Below are positions 12,893 to 25,398 of a stretch of DNA of 64,000 nt, piece after piece (the stretch's first letter is position 1; each line of letters begins with the position of its first letter). The translations under genes and the position numbers were made by a program. Source of the stretch: Eledone cirrhosa (lineage: Eukaryota); NCBI GenBank assembly GCA_964016885.1, contig OZ024742.1:50592001-50656000 (forward strand), in the 5' to 3' direction. A model generated the notes under the pieces. That model was not told where the DNA came from and made no database searches. It saw only the letters and a list, made by a program, of their open reading frames with translations.

Positions 12893-13852
12893 TATTTTAA
12901 TATGTAATATCAAATTCTAAATGTTCAATCTTAAGATAGGACAATGTCCTAAGATATAGAAATGTTGTAGTTTAATAAGATCCAACCATAATCAATCAGT
13001 CTCCAGCGAAAGTTACCCCAGGTATGAATATTCCGACTTTTGAGGGGTAAGTAGGGTCAAATTGTCCAATATATTGTTTTTATTAAATTAACACATCATC
13101 TGGCTCTGTAAGAGGTATTTGATTCTAAATCCTAACATGTGCAGCGGCGGTAAATTACTCCTGTCAAATAAATTACTTGTACACACCCACACACACTCAC
13201 TCACACACACACATACACACACCCGCACCCCCCACACATATATATATGTGTGTGTGAGTGTGTGCATTTGTATATAGACAATTATATATTTATATATCTA
13301 TCTGAGGGGTGAGAGAGAGAGAATGAGAAAGAGAGAGAGAGAGAGATGAGGGGGGGGGGGGGGGGGGGGTGAATGCGTGTATCCTCTAATTATGTGTTGA
13401 GTAACACATAGACACTGAAGAACGCTCTTGCTGAATATGTTGAACCGTCATACCGATACAAAATCCTTACACATACATCCGATCCCTAAATTTAGAACAA
13501 TAATCTTGAAAATTAATTTCTCTATAATTACTTTTATCGCACATCCATCAGATATGCATAATGTAAGTAAAGTACAGACATAATACAGCATCGTCTAATA
13601 TGTTTTCCGTTAAAAAAAAAGAAAACATAACTACATTTATTACCATAATCGATATCATTACGTATACCATCATCTCCAACATTAAACGAATTTCTAAGAC
13701 TTCTACTACTACTACTGCTTCCAGGACAAAAAAAAAGCAGCCTCTCTCCAGCTGCCATTATTCTTATCATTTTCATTACCACGTCATGATCGTAATAAAC
13801 GTTGTGATCAAAGTCACTGTAGTAATAATATTAATATATAGAATATTATTAA

Positions 13853-14034
13853 TGATTGTTTCTACCTTTGGCACAAGGCCAGCAATTATCCTAGTGTATT
13901 ACTGGTACTTTATTTTATCGACCCCGTAAGGATGAAAGGCAAAGTTAACATCGGCGGGATTTCAACGCAGACTATAAAAGGCCTATTGCAAAGCATGGCG
14001 TCCGACCCTCTACCGATACTGACAATCCACCGCC
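13853..14034 (-). mobile_element. tRNA-derived SINE
   Basis: Full-length match to the family on the minus strand. Confidence 0.9.
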
Positions 14035-14113
14035 CTATAATAATATTAATAATATAATGGGTATGTAAATAAAACTATACCTGTATGTAGACACACGCAC
14101 ACACAGGTATATC

Positions 14114-14154
<41 letters not shown>

Positions 14155-15179
14155 CTGTGTGATTATGTATGTGTGTAGTGGGTAATTGAAATCTATTTAT
14201 TGAAGTATGTATAAAGGCCAGCGGGAATTTTCGAATTTGCTTCCAATGTAACTGATCTACAAGATCCACAACCACGTGTGGTATATCAGTTTTACCGATT
14301 CGTTCTTAGGACAGTAGTACACAAGTAAAACGATCAGGCAGATAACGATCAATGAAACCTAAGGATTCCAAAAGTTTAAGAAAGAAAGAGCTGAGAGGCT
14401 TTCAGATTCGTCTTCACCTGGACCAAAATGTTTGTATGTCGTTATTTTATAGGGGAAATCGATGTGTATAAATGAGTATAGAAAATTACAACTATATTAT
14501 TATATACATAGATACATACACGTATATACATAGATACATACAACGAGACAAACAAAATATAACTGTGCATATGAGTGTGTGTGTGTATGTTTGTGTGTTG
14601 TGTGTGTGTGTGTTTGTATGTGTGTGTATTTGTATGTGTGTGTGTGTATTTGTGTGTGTGTGTGTTAGTTTTTGCATGAATTAAACTAAATGTAGCATTT
14701 CATTTTGCATGAGAAATACATAAACTCCCGAATTTACATCTTTCATATCTTCTTCTTCTTCTTCTTCTTCTTCTTCTTCTTCTTCTAATATTATAACATA
14801 TCTAATATTTGTCGTTCATTTCTTTATTTCATTCAATAATATTTCAATAGTAAGGAGTTATATGTTTTGTATCATAATTACTACCTTAACTTGTTACTTT
14901 TAACCAAAGCTTTATGTCTATGTAAAACATAAATAGGAGGTTTTCATGTTGAACAATCGTTTTTTTTTTATTTTCTACATGGTGTACTCTACTACCTATT
15001 ATGGATTTAAAACGGCATGTCATTTCTGACATTTGTTTTCCGGCATTTTCTAAAACAATGCAAGTGTACGTAAATTTCGTTGCTTCTATCATTCGACATC
15101 AATCTATTTCACTTACTTACTTCCATGTTGGTTTTCATACTTGGGCAATATCTATACAATCTTTTTTCTTTATATAACA

Positions 15180-18100
15180 CTCCCTCTCACTGTTTCGATT
15201 AATCTACACATGTATGCATTAGTGTGTATGATCTATCTACGTATCTACTCACACCTCAGACACACAAATGAAAACCACACCTCCCCAAAACATAACACAG
15301 ACACCAATAAAAAAGAGCACACAACAACAGCAAACAAAAAACACCACACAAAAACAAAAACATGCATACACATACATAAACACAAGAAATAAAAAAACTG
15401 CTAAACATTGTGTACAACAACAATTTAGTAAAAACCCAAGGGCCTAACTTCACCCAGGCAGGGGATTTCCCACCACCTCAAAATGATTAAGGTCCCAGAG
15501 GACACATATAAAACACTAAAAAACAAGCTTAAAGAGGACGCCTCCCCCCCTGCGTCGGGCCCATTAACCGCGTCCTCCTAAACAACTTCTCAACACCCAC
15601 ACAACTCCAAACATTCCAACTACACAACACACTGATGCCCCTACACTTCCACAAACCACCACCCCACCCAACAACCCATCCCCCACCCTCATGGAAATTG
15701 TGCAGCCCGATACCCGGGAGGCAGAGAGGTAAGTTCATTTTCTCTTCACCACCAACATGGCTATGCTAAGAGTAGGCTGTTTAAATGCGCGTGGCCTGGG
15801 CTCAACTTGAAAGCAAGCAATGCTTCTAAATGACCTCAGGTCACAACGTATAGATGTGATGGTTATTTGCGAGGCCCGGATCAGCAACGTGCGACAGATG
15901 GCTCCCACCTTTGATGACTTTGAGATGCACGAATCTTTCTGTCAGCTCGGAGGTGGGGGTGGGGTTGTTGTTCTGCTGCAAAAAACATCTGGGTCTCGCA
16001 ACACAGACGGTACATTTGGACCCGGAGGGTCGACTAGTGGTTCTGGACCTTGCAGTGGTGAAGGCGGAGCGTTTAGGTTGATAGCCGTCTACAGCCCTTT
16101 CGGGTCAATGCGGCCGGACATCTTCCATCGTCGGGAGACTTTTCTAGGGACGTCCCGCTCCTTGCTATTAGTGGGGGACTGGAATGGTATCCTAGATGCA
16201 CGTTGAGATTACGTAGGGGCCTGTCCCGATAGAGAGGGGTGTAATAGCCGCAAAGGGTTAATCGATAGATTTGACCTGGCCGATAGATATCGACTAGATT
16301 TTCCGACTGCGCCAACCTGCACTTGGGCAAACCACAGCGGATCAACTAGGTCGTACCTAGATAGGTTCTTAGTTAGAAATAAGGATAAGGACTTTTTTAA
16401 GTTGTCCAAAAATGCGCACGGTTGGCTATTCAGACCACAAGATAGTGACCTGCATGGTCAACCTTGACAGAACTCATAGACCCGGTTTACTGCAACTGGC
16501 AACAGAACGGGAGAATTCCCTGTGCTGTGACCAAGGGCGTAATAACGCTAGTGAGGAAGGAGAAGAAGGGGGACGATATAAATAATTTCAGGCCCATAAC
16601 TCTGCTAAATACAGAGTTACAGACAGATTTTGGCCAAGGTGCTAGGAAAGAGGTTGGCGCTTGTCTTGGGCAACCTGGTGGGAGATACGCAGACATGTGC
16701 TATCCCATCCAGGTCCATCCACGACAACCTTCACCTCATAGAGGGGCCCTGATCAACTTGGATCAATCTAAGGCGTTCGATAGGGTCGACCATGGTTACC
16801 TGGATGCGGTGCTAGCGGCGGCAGTCTTCGGACCCGTTTTCAGGGGCTGGATCAATGCCATGTAGAGCAGCCGCATCTGCTCTAGGGTCAAGTGAACGGC
16901 TACTTCTCGGAGCCGTTCGAAATCGCCCGGTCCATCCGACAAGGGTGCCCTCTCTCCTCCCTTCTGTATGTAATGACTCTAGAGCCCCTGCTGCAGAAGT
17001 TGGAGTTGTTGCAGGGCATCCCGTTGGAATCGGGATTGCGGAAAGCGGTGTCGGCCTACGCCGATGACGTAACAGTAATGGTGTCGACGGCCTCGGAAAT
17101 CGGGGCGATCGGCACCTTACTGGAGGAGTACGAAAGGTTTACAAGTGCTAAGCTGAACCGGGACAGGTCAATCGGTCTGCAACTCGGCACGTGGAGGGGC
17201 AAATCGATGCCCTCCGATTGCGGCGTCGGGCGCTGGACGGAGGGCCCGATGAACTGCTCGGGGTCTGGTTCGGACCAGACCTGCAGGTGGAGAAGAACTG
17301 GGGTGAGGTAACGAACAGGGTGTTTGCAATGACCCAGAAGTGGGCCGAGTGCACACTGTCCCTGAAAGGTCGGGCGGAGGTGGCGAACACTTATATAGCG
17401 TCCGTCATCTACTATCGCCTGACCGTTGTGCCTTGCCCAAGGGAAACGCTCGCCAAAATGGAGCGCGCACTCTTCCAATTCTTTGGAAGAAGCGGGCTCC
17501 TATGGTGTGGAGTTCCATCTGCTGTCAACACCCTTCGAAAGGAGGGCTGTGGATGCCGTGGCTAATGATACGTAAACACGCATCAAGCCTACGACACCTC
17601 CAGGTATTCCTCACTGATCAAGCGGTGTGGGCCCCGTTTGTGAGGTGAGTCTTTCCCAGACTCGTCGCGCTCACCGAGCTGCAATCCTGGGTCAAGCAAA
17701 TACCGAGAAAACTGGGCACCTGGCACACCGAGTGTGCCCAGGCGCTCACGGCTCTCTGGCAGGCGGACCCGGCTGTCAGTGGAGAATCCACCTCGTCATT
17801 CTATAGAGGGCTGGTGGTCAGCAGGTGCGACGACGCCCTCGGAGAAGTACTAGGCATGGAGGAAGACGAACTGGCCAACCTGTTCGGTAGGACATTCAGC
17901 CCGGGAACCATGGATAACTTCCAGATGTCCCTGGCCTGGCAGTGCTACCGAGGGGCTCTGCCCGTTCGAGAAAGGCTCTACAGACTCGGGCCCTGGGTAG
18001 GGACCCCTCGAAAAAGATCTGTTCCAGATGCGTGTGCGACGAGGAAACCGTTGCACACGCATTGGTACACTGCTCGGGCATTGCTGATCTGTGGGGCTAT

Positions 18101-18687
18101 GTCGAACAACTGCTGTCAAGGGTGGGACCGATTCGGTTGACCACCGAGTCTATTGTAACGATGAAGCCGCCTCTCCTCTTCAAAAACGAAGGAGAGGCGG
18201 GGTTTCTGTGCGTAATAGCGCTGGCGAAAGAGGTTGTATCGTGGACGCGTCTGAAAGGACTGAAGTCAGACGCCTTTCTCTCTGGCCAACAACTGGTCCG
18301 TTTCTTCCGATATCATTTCGGAAGAAGGATCAAGATGGAGAGAGAGGTGCTGCACCCCAGCCGTTTTTATGAAAGATGGGTGAAAGTGGCGAGAATGGCC
18401 CGTGTGAATGGGCCTTCACTCTACGTCAGACTATAGGTGAGGAAGATGAAAGATCAAGGGTGCACCTCCTCTATGTGCTCCTGAGGAGAAGGGTTGCACA
18501 CTTTTTTTCGGGGGTGTGTGCGACCCCCCAAGGCGCCTCCTCCCTATTGAGGATTTTGTTATTAAATTTATTTTTGTTATATTTTATTTTATTTTTATAT
18601 GTTGCTATTGCCTCCTCCTTATTGAGGACGCCTCTTCATCTAAACTCCTCTCTTTTATTCGCCCTGGTGGCAAATAAAAAGAAAGTT
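15180..18687 (+). mobile_element. Tx1-type (L1 group) non-LTR retrotransposon, 5'-truncated, internally deleted
   Basis: C/A-rich ORF1 tail, then ORF2 with APE endonuclease, RT and a C-terminal Cys motif; ends in an A-rich tail gcaaataaaaagaaag. Confidence 0.9.
15757..18436 (+). pseudogene. Tx1 ORF2 (APE endonuclease + reverse transcriptase), frameshifted
   Basis: MAMLRVGCLNARGL, LIAVYSP, LLVGDWN, SYLDRF, SDH; NFRPITLLN, LDQSKAFDRVDH, RQGCPLSSLLY, AYADDV; CSRC...ETVAHALVHC. Deletion near 16463 between EN and RT. Confidence 0.92.
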
Positions 18688-19042
18688 ATGTATATAATTT
18701 GCTATATGTCTCTTTCTCTCTGTCACAATACATACACACACATAGACGCACACACACATGTATATATCTGTGTATGTGTTTGTGTGTGAATAAGTTTATG
18801 TATGTGTGTGAATGTATTAATGCATGTTTGTGAATCTATTTCTGTATGTGTATATATCTACACTTTTCTTTTTCTTTCTGTTTCTTTGCTTCTTTATTCC
18901 TCCACTTTGTTATTTATGCATGTAATCAAAGAAAAATAGTAATATTCAATTGGATTATTGTTTGTAGCTTTCTGGAATTGAGACACGATGTTAGAGCCGA
19001 TTGAATCAGAAAGCGATAATATATTAATGAGTACATTGAAAT

Positions 19043-19110
<68 letters not shown>

Positions 19111-19160
19111 AGTATGTATGTATACGCACATACATATATGTATACAGACGTACGGTAGCA

Positions 19161-19204
<44 letters not shown>

Positions 19205-19354
19205 CAGGCACACATATATATATGCACGTATCAGTTTACCGAACATTTATTATAATTTTCGCTTTGTTCGTTTGTAAACAAACGAACAGCCTGATTTACG
19301 CCGTACAGTGTTTAAGGCAACCACGTCACCTTTTTGTTCAACACTGACACAGGA

Positions 19355-19397
19355 ACGATGTACTAGTTTCAAGCTTGTTAGCTATCGTCAGCACCGT
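19355..19397 (-). ncRNA. Minimal type I hammerhead ribozyme
   Basis: acggtg CTGACGA t-agct-aaca-agct-t GAAA ctag TA catcgt; palindromic ACTAGT stem III. Confidence 0.88.
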
Positions 19398-19774
19398 ATA
19401 CCTTTCTGCCAGATGGTTGAACGTCCGAAAGTATATTCTTTCCTTATGAAAATTAACGGCTGAGCGACCTAATTTGCATATCGAGTGAGTTCAGTCGGCC
19501 AGGCGCACCGAAAACGATAAATGGAATAGAATGAAACGAAATTCCATTTCTCACTCTTGATACGGCACTTACTTAAATGTAAGTATGTATATATACGTAC
19601 ATACATATATGTATACAGACGTACAGTAGCATGCATATATATATATTCCATTTATCGTTTTCGGTGCGCCTGGCCGACTGAACTCACTCGATATGCAAAT
19701 TAGGCTGCTCAGCCGTTAATTTTCATAAGGAAAGTATATACTTTCGGACGTTCAACCATCTGGCAGAAAGGTAT

Positions 19775-19817
19775 ACGGTGCTGACGATAGCTAACAAGTT
19801 TGAAACTAGTACATCGT
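19775..19817 (+). ncRNA. Minimal type I hammerhead ribozyme
   Basis: acggtg CTGACGA t-agct-aaca-agtt-t GAAA ctag TA catcgt; the single change from the other copy turns G-C into G-U. Confidence 0.88.
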
Positions 19818-19967
19818 TCCTGTGTCAGTGTTGAACAAAAAGGTGACGTGGTTGCCTTAAACACTGTACAGCGTAAATCAGGCTGTTCGTTTGTTTACAA
19901 ACGTACAAAGCGAACATTATAATAAATGTTCGGTAAACTGATACGTGCATATATATATGTGTGCCTG

Positions 19968-20017
<50 letters not shown>

Positions 20018-20126
20018 TGCTACTGTACGTCTGTATGCATATATGCATGTACGTATACATACATACTTACATTTATGTAAGTGCCGTACTATTAGTGAGA
20101 AATGAAATTTCGTTTCATTCTATTCC

Positions 20127-20174
<48 letters not shown>

Positions 20175-20690
20175 ATGATAGTGTGTTTGTACTTGCGATG
20201 TGTCACTAGTATGTGTGTGTGCCTGTGTGAAAGAGACAGAGTCAAAGTGAGAGACAAAAAAAGAGAAGGAGAGAAAAAGAGAGATAGAGACTGTTTTATA
20301 ATACAAAATGTTAAAGACAACTATAAATGTAAATTATATTTAACAAAATTGATTTCGATTTCTCATCATGCGCATCTTATATTGATGTCGAACCATCTTT
20401 TTCAATTATTTGTAATTATTTGTTTTTATTGAAACACTAATAAATTAGATTAGTACTTGATATTTTAGGCGAATAAAAATTACAAAATCCTGTGAGGGCA
20501 TCGATTAAAATTGACATAAATGATATTTAGTAAATTATGACCATTACATGTATGTTGAGGGAAAGGATTCGAATTGCAGTCAGTATGAATCAAAATTACA
20601 ACATGTGCTACATTATGCTTTGTTATAGAAATATATATTACCGTTTTACTATACTAATTTTACGAAATGGAAGTTTAAATCAATAGAATA

Positions 20691-20878
20691 TAATTGTTTC
20701 TACTTTTAGCACAAGGCCAGCAATTATCGCAGTGTATTACAGGTACTTTATTTTATCGACCCCGTAACGATGAAAGGCAAAGTTAACAACGGTGGGATTT
20801 GAAATCAGAACATAAAGGGCCGTAACTCTTTGCTGCAAAGCTTGGTGTCCGACCTTCTACCGATACTGCCAATCCACC
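20691..20878 (-). mobile_element. tRNA-derived SINE
   Basis: Full-length family match. Confidence 0.9.
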
Positions 20879-21611
20879 GTACGGTCCTTACCGATGATGC
20901 ATGTTCCGGTTATTCGGTCAACATAAAGAAGACTGCTCATGATTAAATTATAAGTGGATAAGCATTTCATATATACACGTACTTTTATGTAATTCTCATT
21001 GAGATTCGGAGTGATACAGTGCATGTAAATGCTGGTCCATTGTATTACTGATACAGTCCTTTTGATGGAGTACTAAACATGTTTGGTATAAGCAAATTCA
21101 CTTACGTCAAATCAAGTCTATAGCAAACCATTCTGGTTTGCTATAGTGCGTCCACAATTTAAATACATGTATGGTGCGTCCACAATTTAAATACATGAAT
21201 TCAGTGTTAATATACATAATTTCTATGGTAGAGTATACTCTCTCTATTTATATATCTGTCTATCTCCCGACGTTCTAATAAGTCTGCAAATTCGTCACCT
21301 CGGGTGTAATAATGCCTGACATATACTAATAACTAGAAAGTTTGTAATTCTTTTATTGCTGAAATTCAAACTAAAGAAATACGTGTATATTATAAACAAT
21401 TTCCGTATGGTATGCAATTCATTAATCATTCTCTCTTCAGAGGTAACCTTTGAGTTGCAAATTGTAATTAATGTGGATAATGTTGTATGTGTCAAAGAAT
21501 TCTAAGTATTTATAATTACACATAAGTATTATGAAGATTATTACGATATATATATAAATAAATGAGTGTCTGTGTGTATGTGTCAGTGTGTGCTTGTGTG
21601 TATATATATAT

Positions 21612-21727
21612 AATTGTTTCTACTTCAGACACAAGGCCAGCAATTACCCAGTGCATTACTGGTACTTTATTTTATCGACCCCGTAAGGATGAAAGGCAAA
21701 TTTAACCTCGGCGGGATTTGAACTCAG
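21612..21727 (-). mobile_element. tRNA-derived SINE, 5'-truncated
   Basis: Family body and B-box present; A-box half missing. Confidence 0.88.
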
Positions 21728-21917
21728 TGTATATATATATAATGAGTTGGAATGAGGTGCCAAAGTATCATCATTATATTTATTCTGTTGATACGCGAGT
21801 TTCGATATTCATCCACTGAAGGTACAACCCGTATCGATCGGGCCCGACTCTAGAATCAATAGCTCATCAAACTCGTGGTTTCCCATATGCCATATAAACA
21901 ACATCAAATGTGCAATG

Positions 21918-22191
<274 letters not shown>

Positions 22192-22408
22192 TATATATGT
22201 ATATAGTATATACAGGACGATCTGTTAGGTCTTCATTACGTTTATTGAGTAGTTACGCGTGTTTCGTTATTGATATGCTCAAGGTTCGATCTGTATCGAT
22301 CTCGCCCACTTCTTCTGGAATCAATAGCTCGTCGAACTTCTGTTATATATATATATGTTGATACACAAAAAAACAACATAAATAGATGTAGACGATCATG
22401 TTTTCCTT

Positions 22409-22450
<42 letters not shown>

Positions 22451-22488
22451 CATTTTCAAAATCTAACAGTGGAGGGCAGCATAATCTT

Positions 22489-22547
<59 letters not shown>

Positions 22548-23119
22548 ATAATAAGGAAAACATGATATATATATATATATATTTTGAAAATGATTAGTAA
22601 ATATTAGGGTCAGATCAGTCTGTAGTTTAGAATATAATATCAATCGTTAAGATGCATTCTTAGTGACGTTAAAGCATTGTGTTTGACAGAAGAGATCCAG
22701 GATGGCAGTCTGGTTCCGTATTTGAGCAAACAAACACTTGTCGTCCTGTTTACAATGTGGTGTTGTGATAATTTCGTTTTGGTAAGGATAATGATTCTGC
22801 TTTTATGCTGTCAAAGGACGCCATGTCAGGTTGTTTACATTACAAGATAAATCCGTGGAGAGAAACAGTCAAGGAATATTTGGGGTTATTTGTCCAGTTT
22901 ATATGAGCAATAGCCTTGGTTACAGAAAGTGTGCATAGAATAAAGTAATTAAATATATGCATTAGCCGTTGGGCTAGGGAAATTCCTCTAGCTGTGAACC
23001 AGTATATATGGCCATATTCATCAACAACATAGCGATAACTATCACAGCGACCATCAACATAGCCATTGTCATCATCACTAATATTGCATTCATGATTATT
23101 TACCGGGGTAATAGCATTA

Positions 23120-23207
23120 TCATTAGTAGTAGTAGAAGTATTAGTACTACTAGCAGCAGTAGTAGAAACAGGAGCAGCAACAGCAGTAGCAGCAGCAGCA
23201 ACAGCAA

Positions 23208-23263
<56 letters not shown>

Positions 23264-23288
23264 AAAGTAGAAGCAGCAGCAGCATCAT

Positions 23289-23353
<65 letters not shown>

Positions 23354-23375
23354 TTGGTAGCAACGGCAGTAGTGA
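23120..23375. repeat. (AGT)n/(AGC)n trinucleotide microsatellite
   Basis: Directly visible; produces poly-Ser and poly-Leu ORFs. Confidence 0.95.
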
Positions 23376-24438
23376 TATGAAATAAAAGAAGAAAAAAATA
23401 ACATTATCCATCCATCCCCGAATACACATCTAATCTTTTATTGAACTAAAATAGAAATGTTAGCCAAAAGTGAACGTTGGAGAAAAAAGAAAATACAGGA
23501 GTGTGTAATCAACATAAGAGTTGCCTTCTTAAAGCAATTAATCATAAACTGATGACAACGTTCCCTTCCCCCACTGAAGCTCAAATGACACTTGAAAACT
23601 TCTGTAGCCGTGTTTTCGCATCATCCATCCATCAATCATGCGAAGAACATCGATTCGAGTTAAACCGTAGCCAACTTAAGTTGATTTCATCAAATCAATA
23701 AGTGTGAATGTATGTGTGTGTGCGAGTGTGAATGCACGTGAGTGTGTAAGTAAATGTATGTGGTGTGGATGGTACGAATCGAGCAAAGTTTGGAAAAATT
23801 TGAAGCTATGATATTTTTTCTCTTCCCTTCATAAAGATGACTGATGTTATTGTTGACGTATTTTTTGTTATTGTATTTTAGAAGCTTACAATTCAGTTGA
23901 TGCCCAAACTTTCTTTAAAATAACATAAAAAAAGAAATAAAAACATCAAAATGTTAACCTCCAACATTCCAAACTTACCGTCAACATTGCAAAACTGATG
24001 GTGAATAAGAGACAACACCATCATTAGCAAAATCTTTGACGAATGTGATGATGATGATTGTAATGAAGATGACAATTACATCCATATCCCAATTATTATT
24101 TCCGCCGAGGTTAGCTTTACTTTCTTCGTTATAGGGTCTGTAAAATAAAGTACCAGTAATGCATTCGAATCGATTTATTCGATTTACCCGTATCCACTTG
24201 TGCATAAATCAGAAACAATTATTCTTATTATTTTTATCATTATTACTTAGACAAACGATTGACAGTATTGATATAGCGTCGGATAACATGCATTACGTTA
24301 CGGCTCTTTACGTTCTGGTTTCAAATACGTTGGGGTTATCTTTACATTCATTCTTACGTAATGGGGAGAATTTAATCGTCTTTCCCCTCCATCCAAATAT
24401 TTCGCCTTGTGCCTAAATCCGAAATCATTATTATCATT

Positions 24439-24627
24439 GGCGGTGGATTGGCAGTATCGGTAGAGGGTCGGACGCCATGCTTTGCAGCACAGTTACGTCC
24501 CTTTACGGACTGAGTTCAAAACCCGCCGAGGTTAACTTTGCCTTTCATCTTTAAGGGGTCGATAAAATAAAGTACCAATAATACACTAGGATAATTGCTG
24601 GCCTTGTGCCAAAAGTAGAAACAATTA
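24439..24627 (+). mobile_element. tRNA-derived SINE inserted just after older SINE fragments (~24095-24430)
   Basis: A-box, B-box and family body; attattatca occurs on both sides as a probable TSD. Confidence 0.9.
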
Positions 24628-25139
24628 TTATCACCGGGGATAAATAAATTATTAGAAAGACGTCTATCAGTGAGTCGAGATTCGCGCTCAGCAGGTGTTT
24701 CCTAGCGAAAATTAATTAAGTCTACTGGTTAGCTAAGCCAATGACAGTGTCAATAGTAAATGAGAAAAGTCTAACATGAACAAAAGGGAATCAAGGTAAG
24801 ACAATAAATTTAATATAACTACGATTAGAATGTTGTAGTTGCTTAAAAGTGGTGACAGTTAGGATAAACGCAGTACTTGCTAACATTAAGGGAGAATATT
24901 GCATAAAGGATTAATCAATTGTGAATGAACTCATACCTGAGAACGCCTAATTCGTTGTCTCAAAGCAATAGCTGTACCTTTTTTGGAGGTAAGTCTTGAA
25001 CGTTTCCGTGTGGGCATAACGACGTGTAACGAAGCTGTTAGGTTAGAGAGAGGTGATTAAATACAGAGAGAGATGAGACCAGATTCGTTAGCATGGTTAC
25101 TGGTGAATGGGAAGGTTTGGAAATATGATTACAATAACT

Positions 25140-25398
25140 TACCGAATTTTCCCGTCTATAAATTGCACTTAAAATAATTAAATTTAATCAAAAAACAGCT
25201 CTGCGCTTTATACTCCGGTGAGCCTTATGTATAAATAATACAATGGTAATCAATCACGGCTCTAACAGAAGTAATAGATCTAGACTAAAATAAAGAAGAT
25301 AGCATTTTCCTGGTTGGCCTTACACGCAGTTGCGCGGACCTGATTTTAAATGATACGCCTTATATCCTGGTGAGCCTTATAGAGCAGAAAATATCTAT
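25140..25398. mobile_element. Possible pogo/Tigger-like MITE
   Basis: Degenerate TIRs taccgaattttcccgtctataa / ttatagagcagaaaatatcta and the internal repeat ttata..cc(t)ggtgagccttat. Confidence 0.4.

Larger units (their letters stand above)
19105..20132. mobile_element. Retrozyme-like non-coding element: ~477-nt circularly permuted unit in head-to-head inverted arms
   Basis: Left arm (~19105-19640, minus) and right arm (19646-20131, plus) are near-identical. The right arm starts and ends with ttccattta (19646, 20123). The left arm is terminally redundant in a different permutation. One HHR per unit; (TA)n flanks. Confidence 0.8.
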
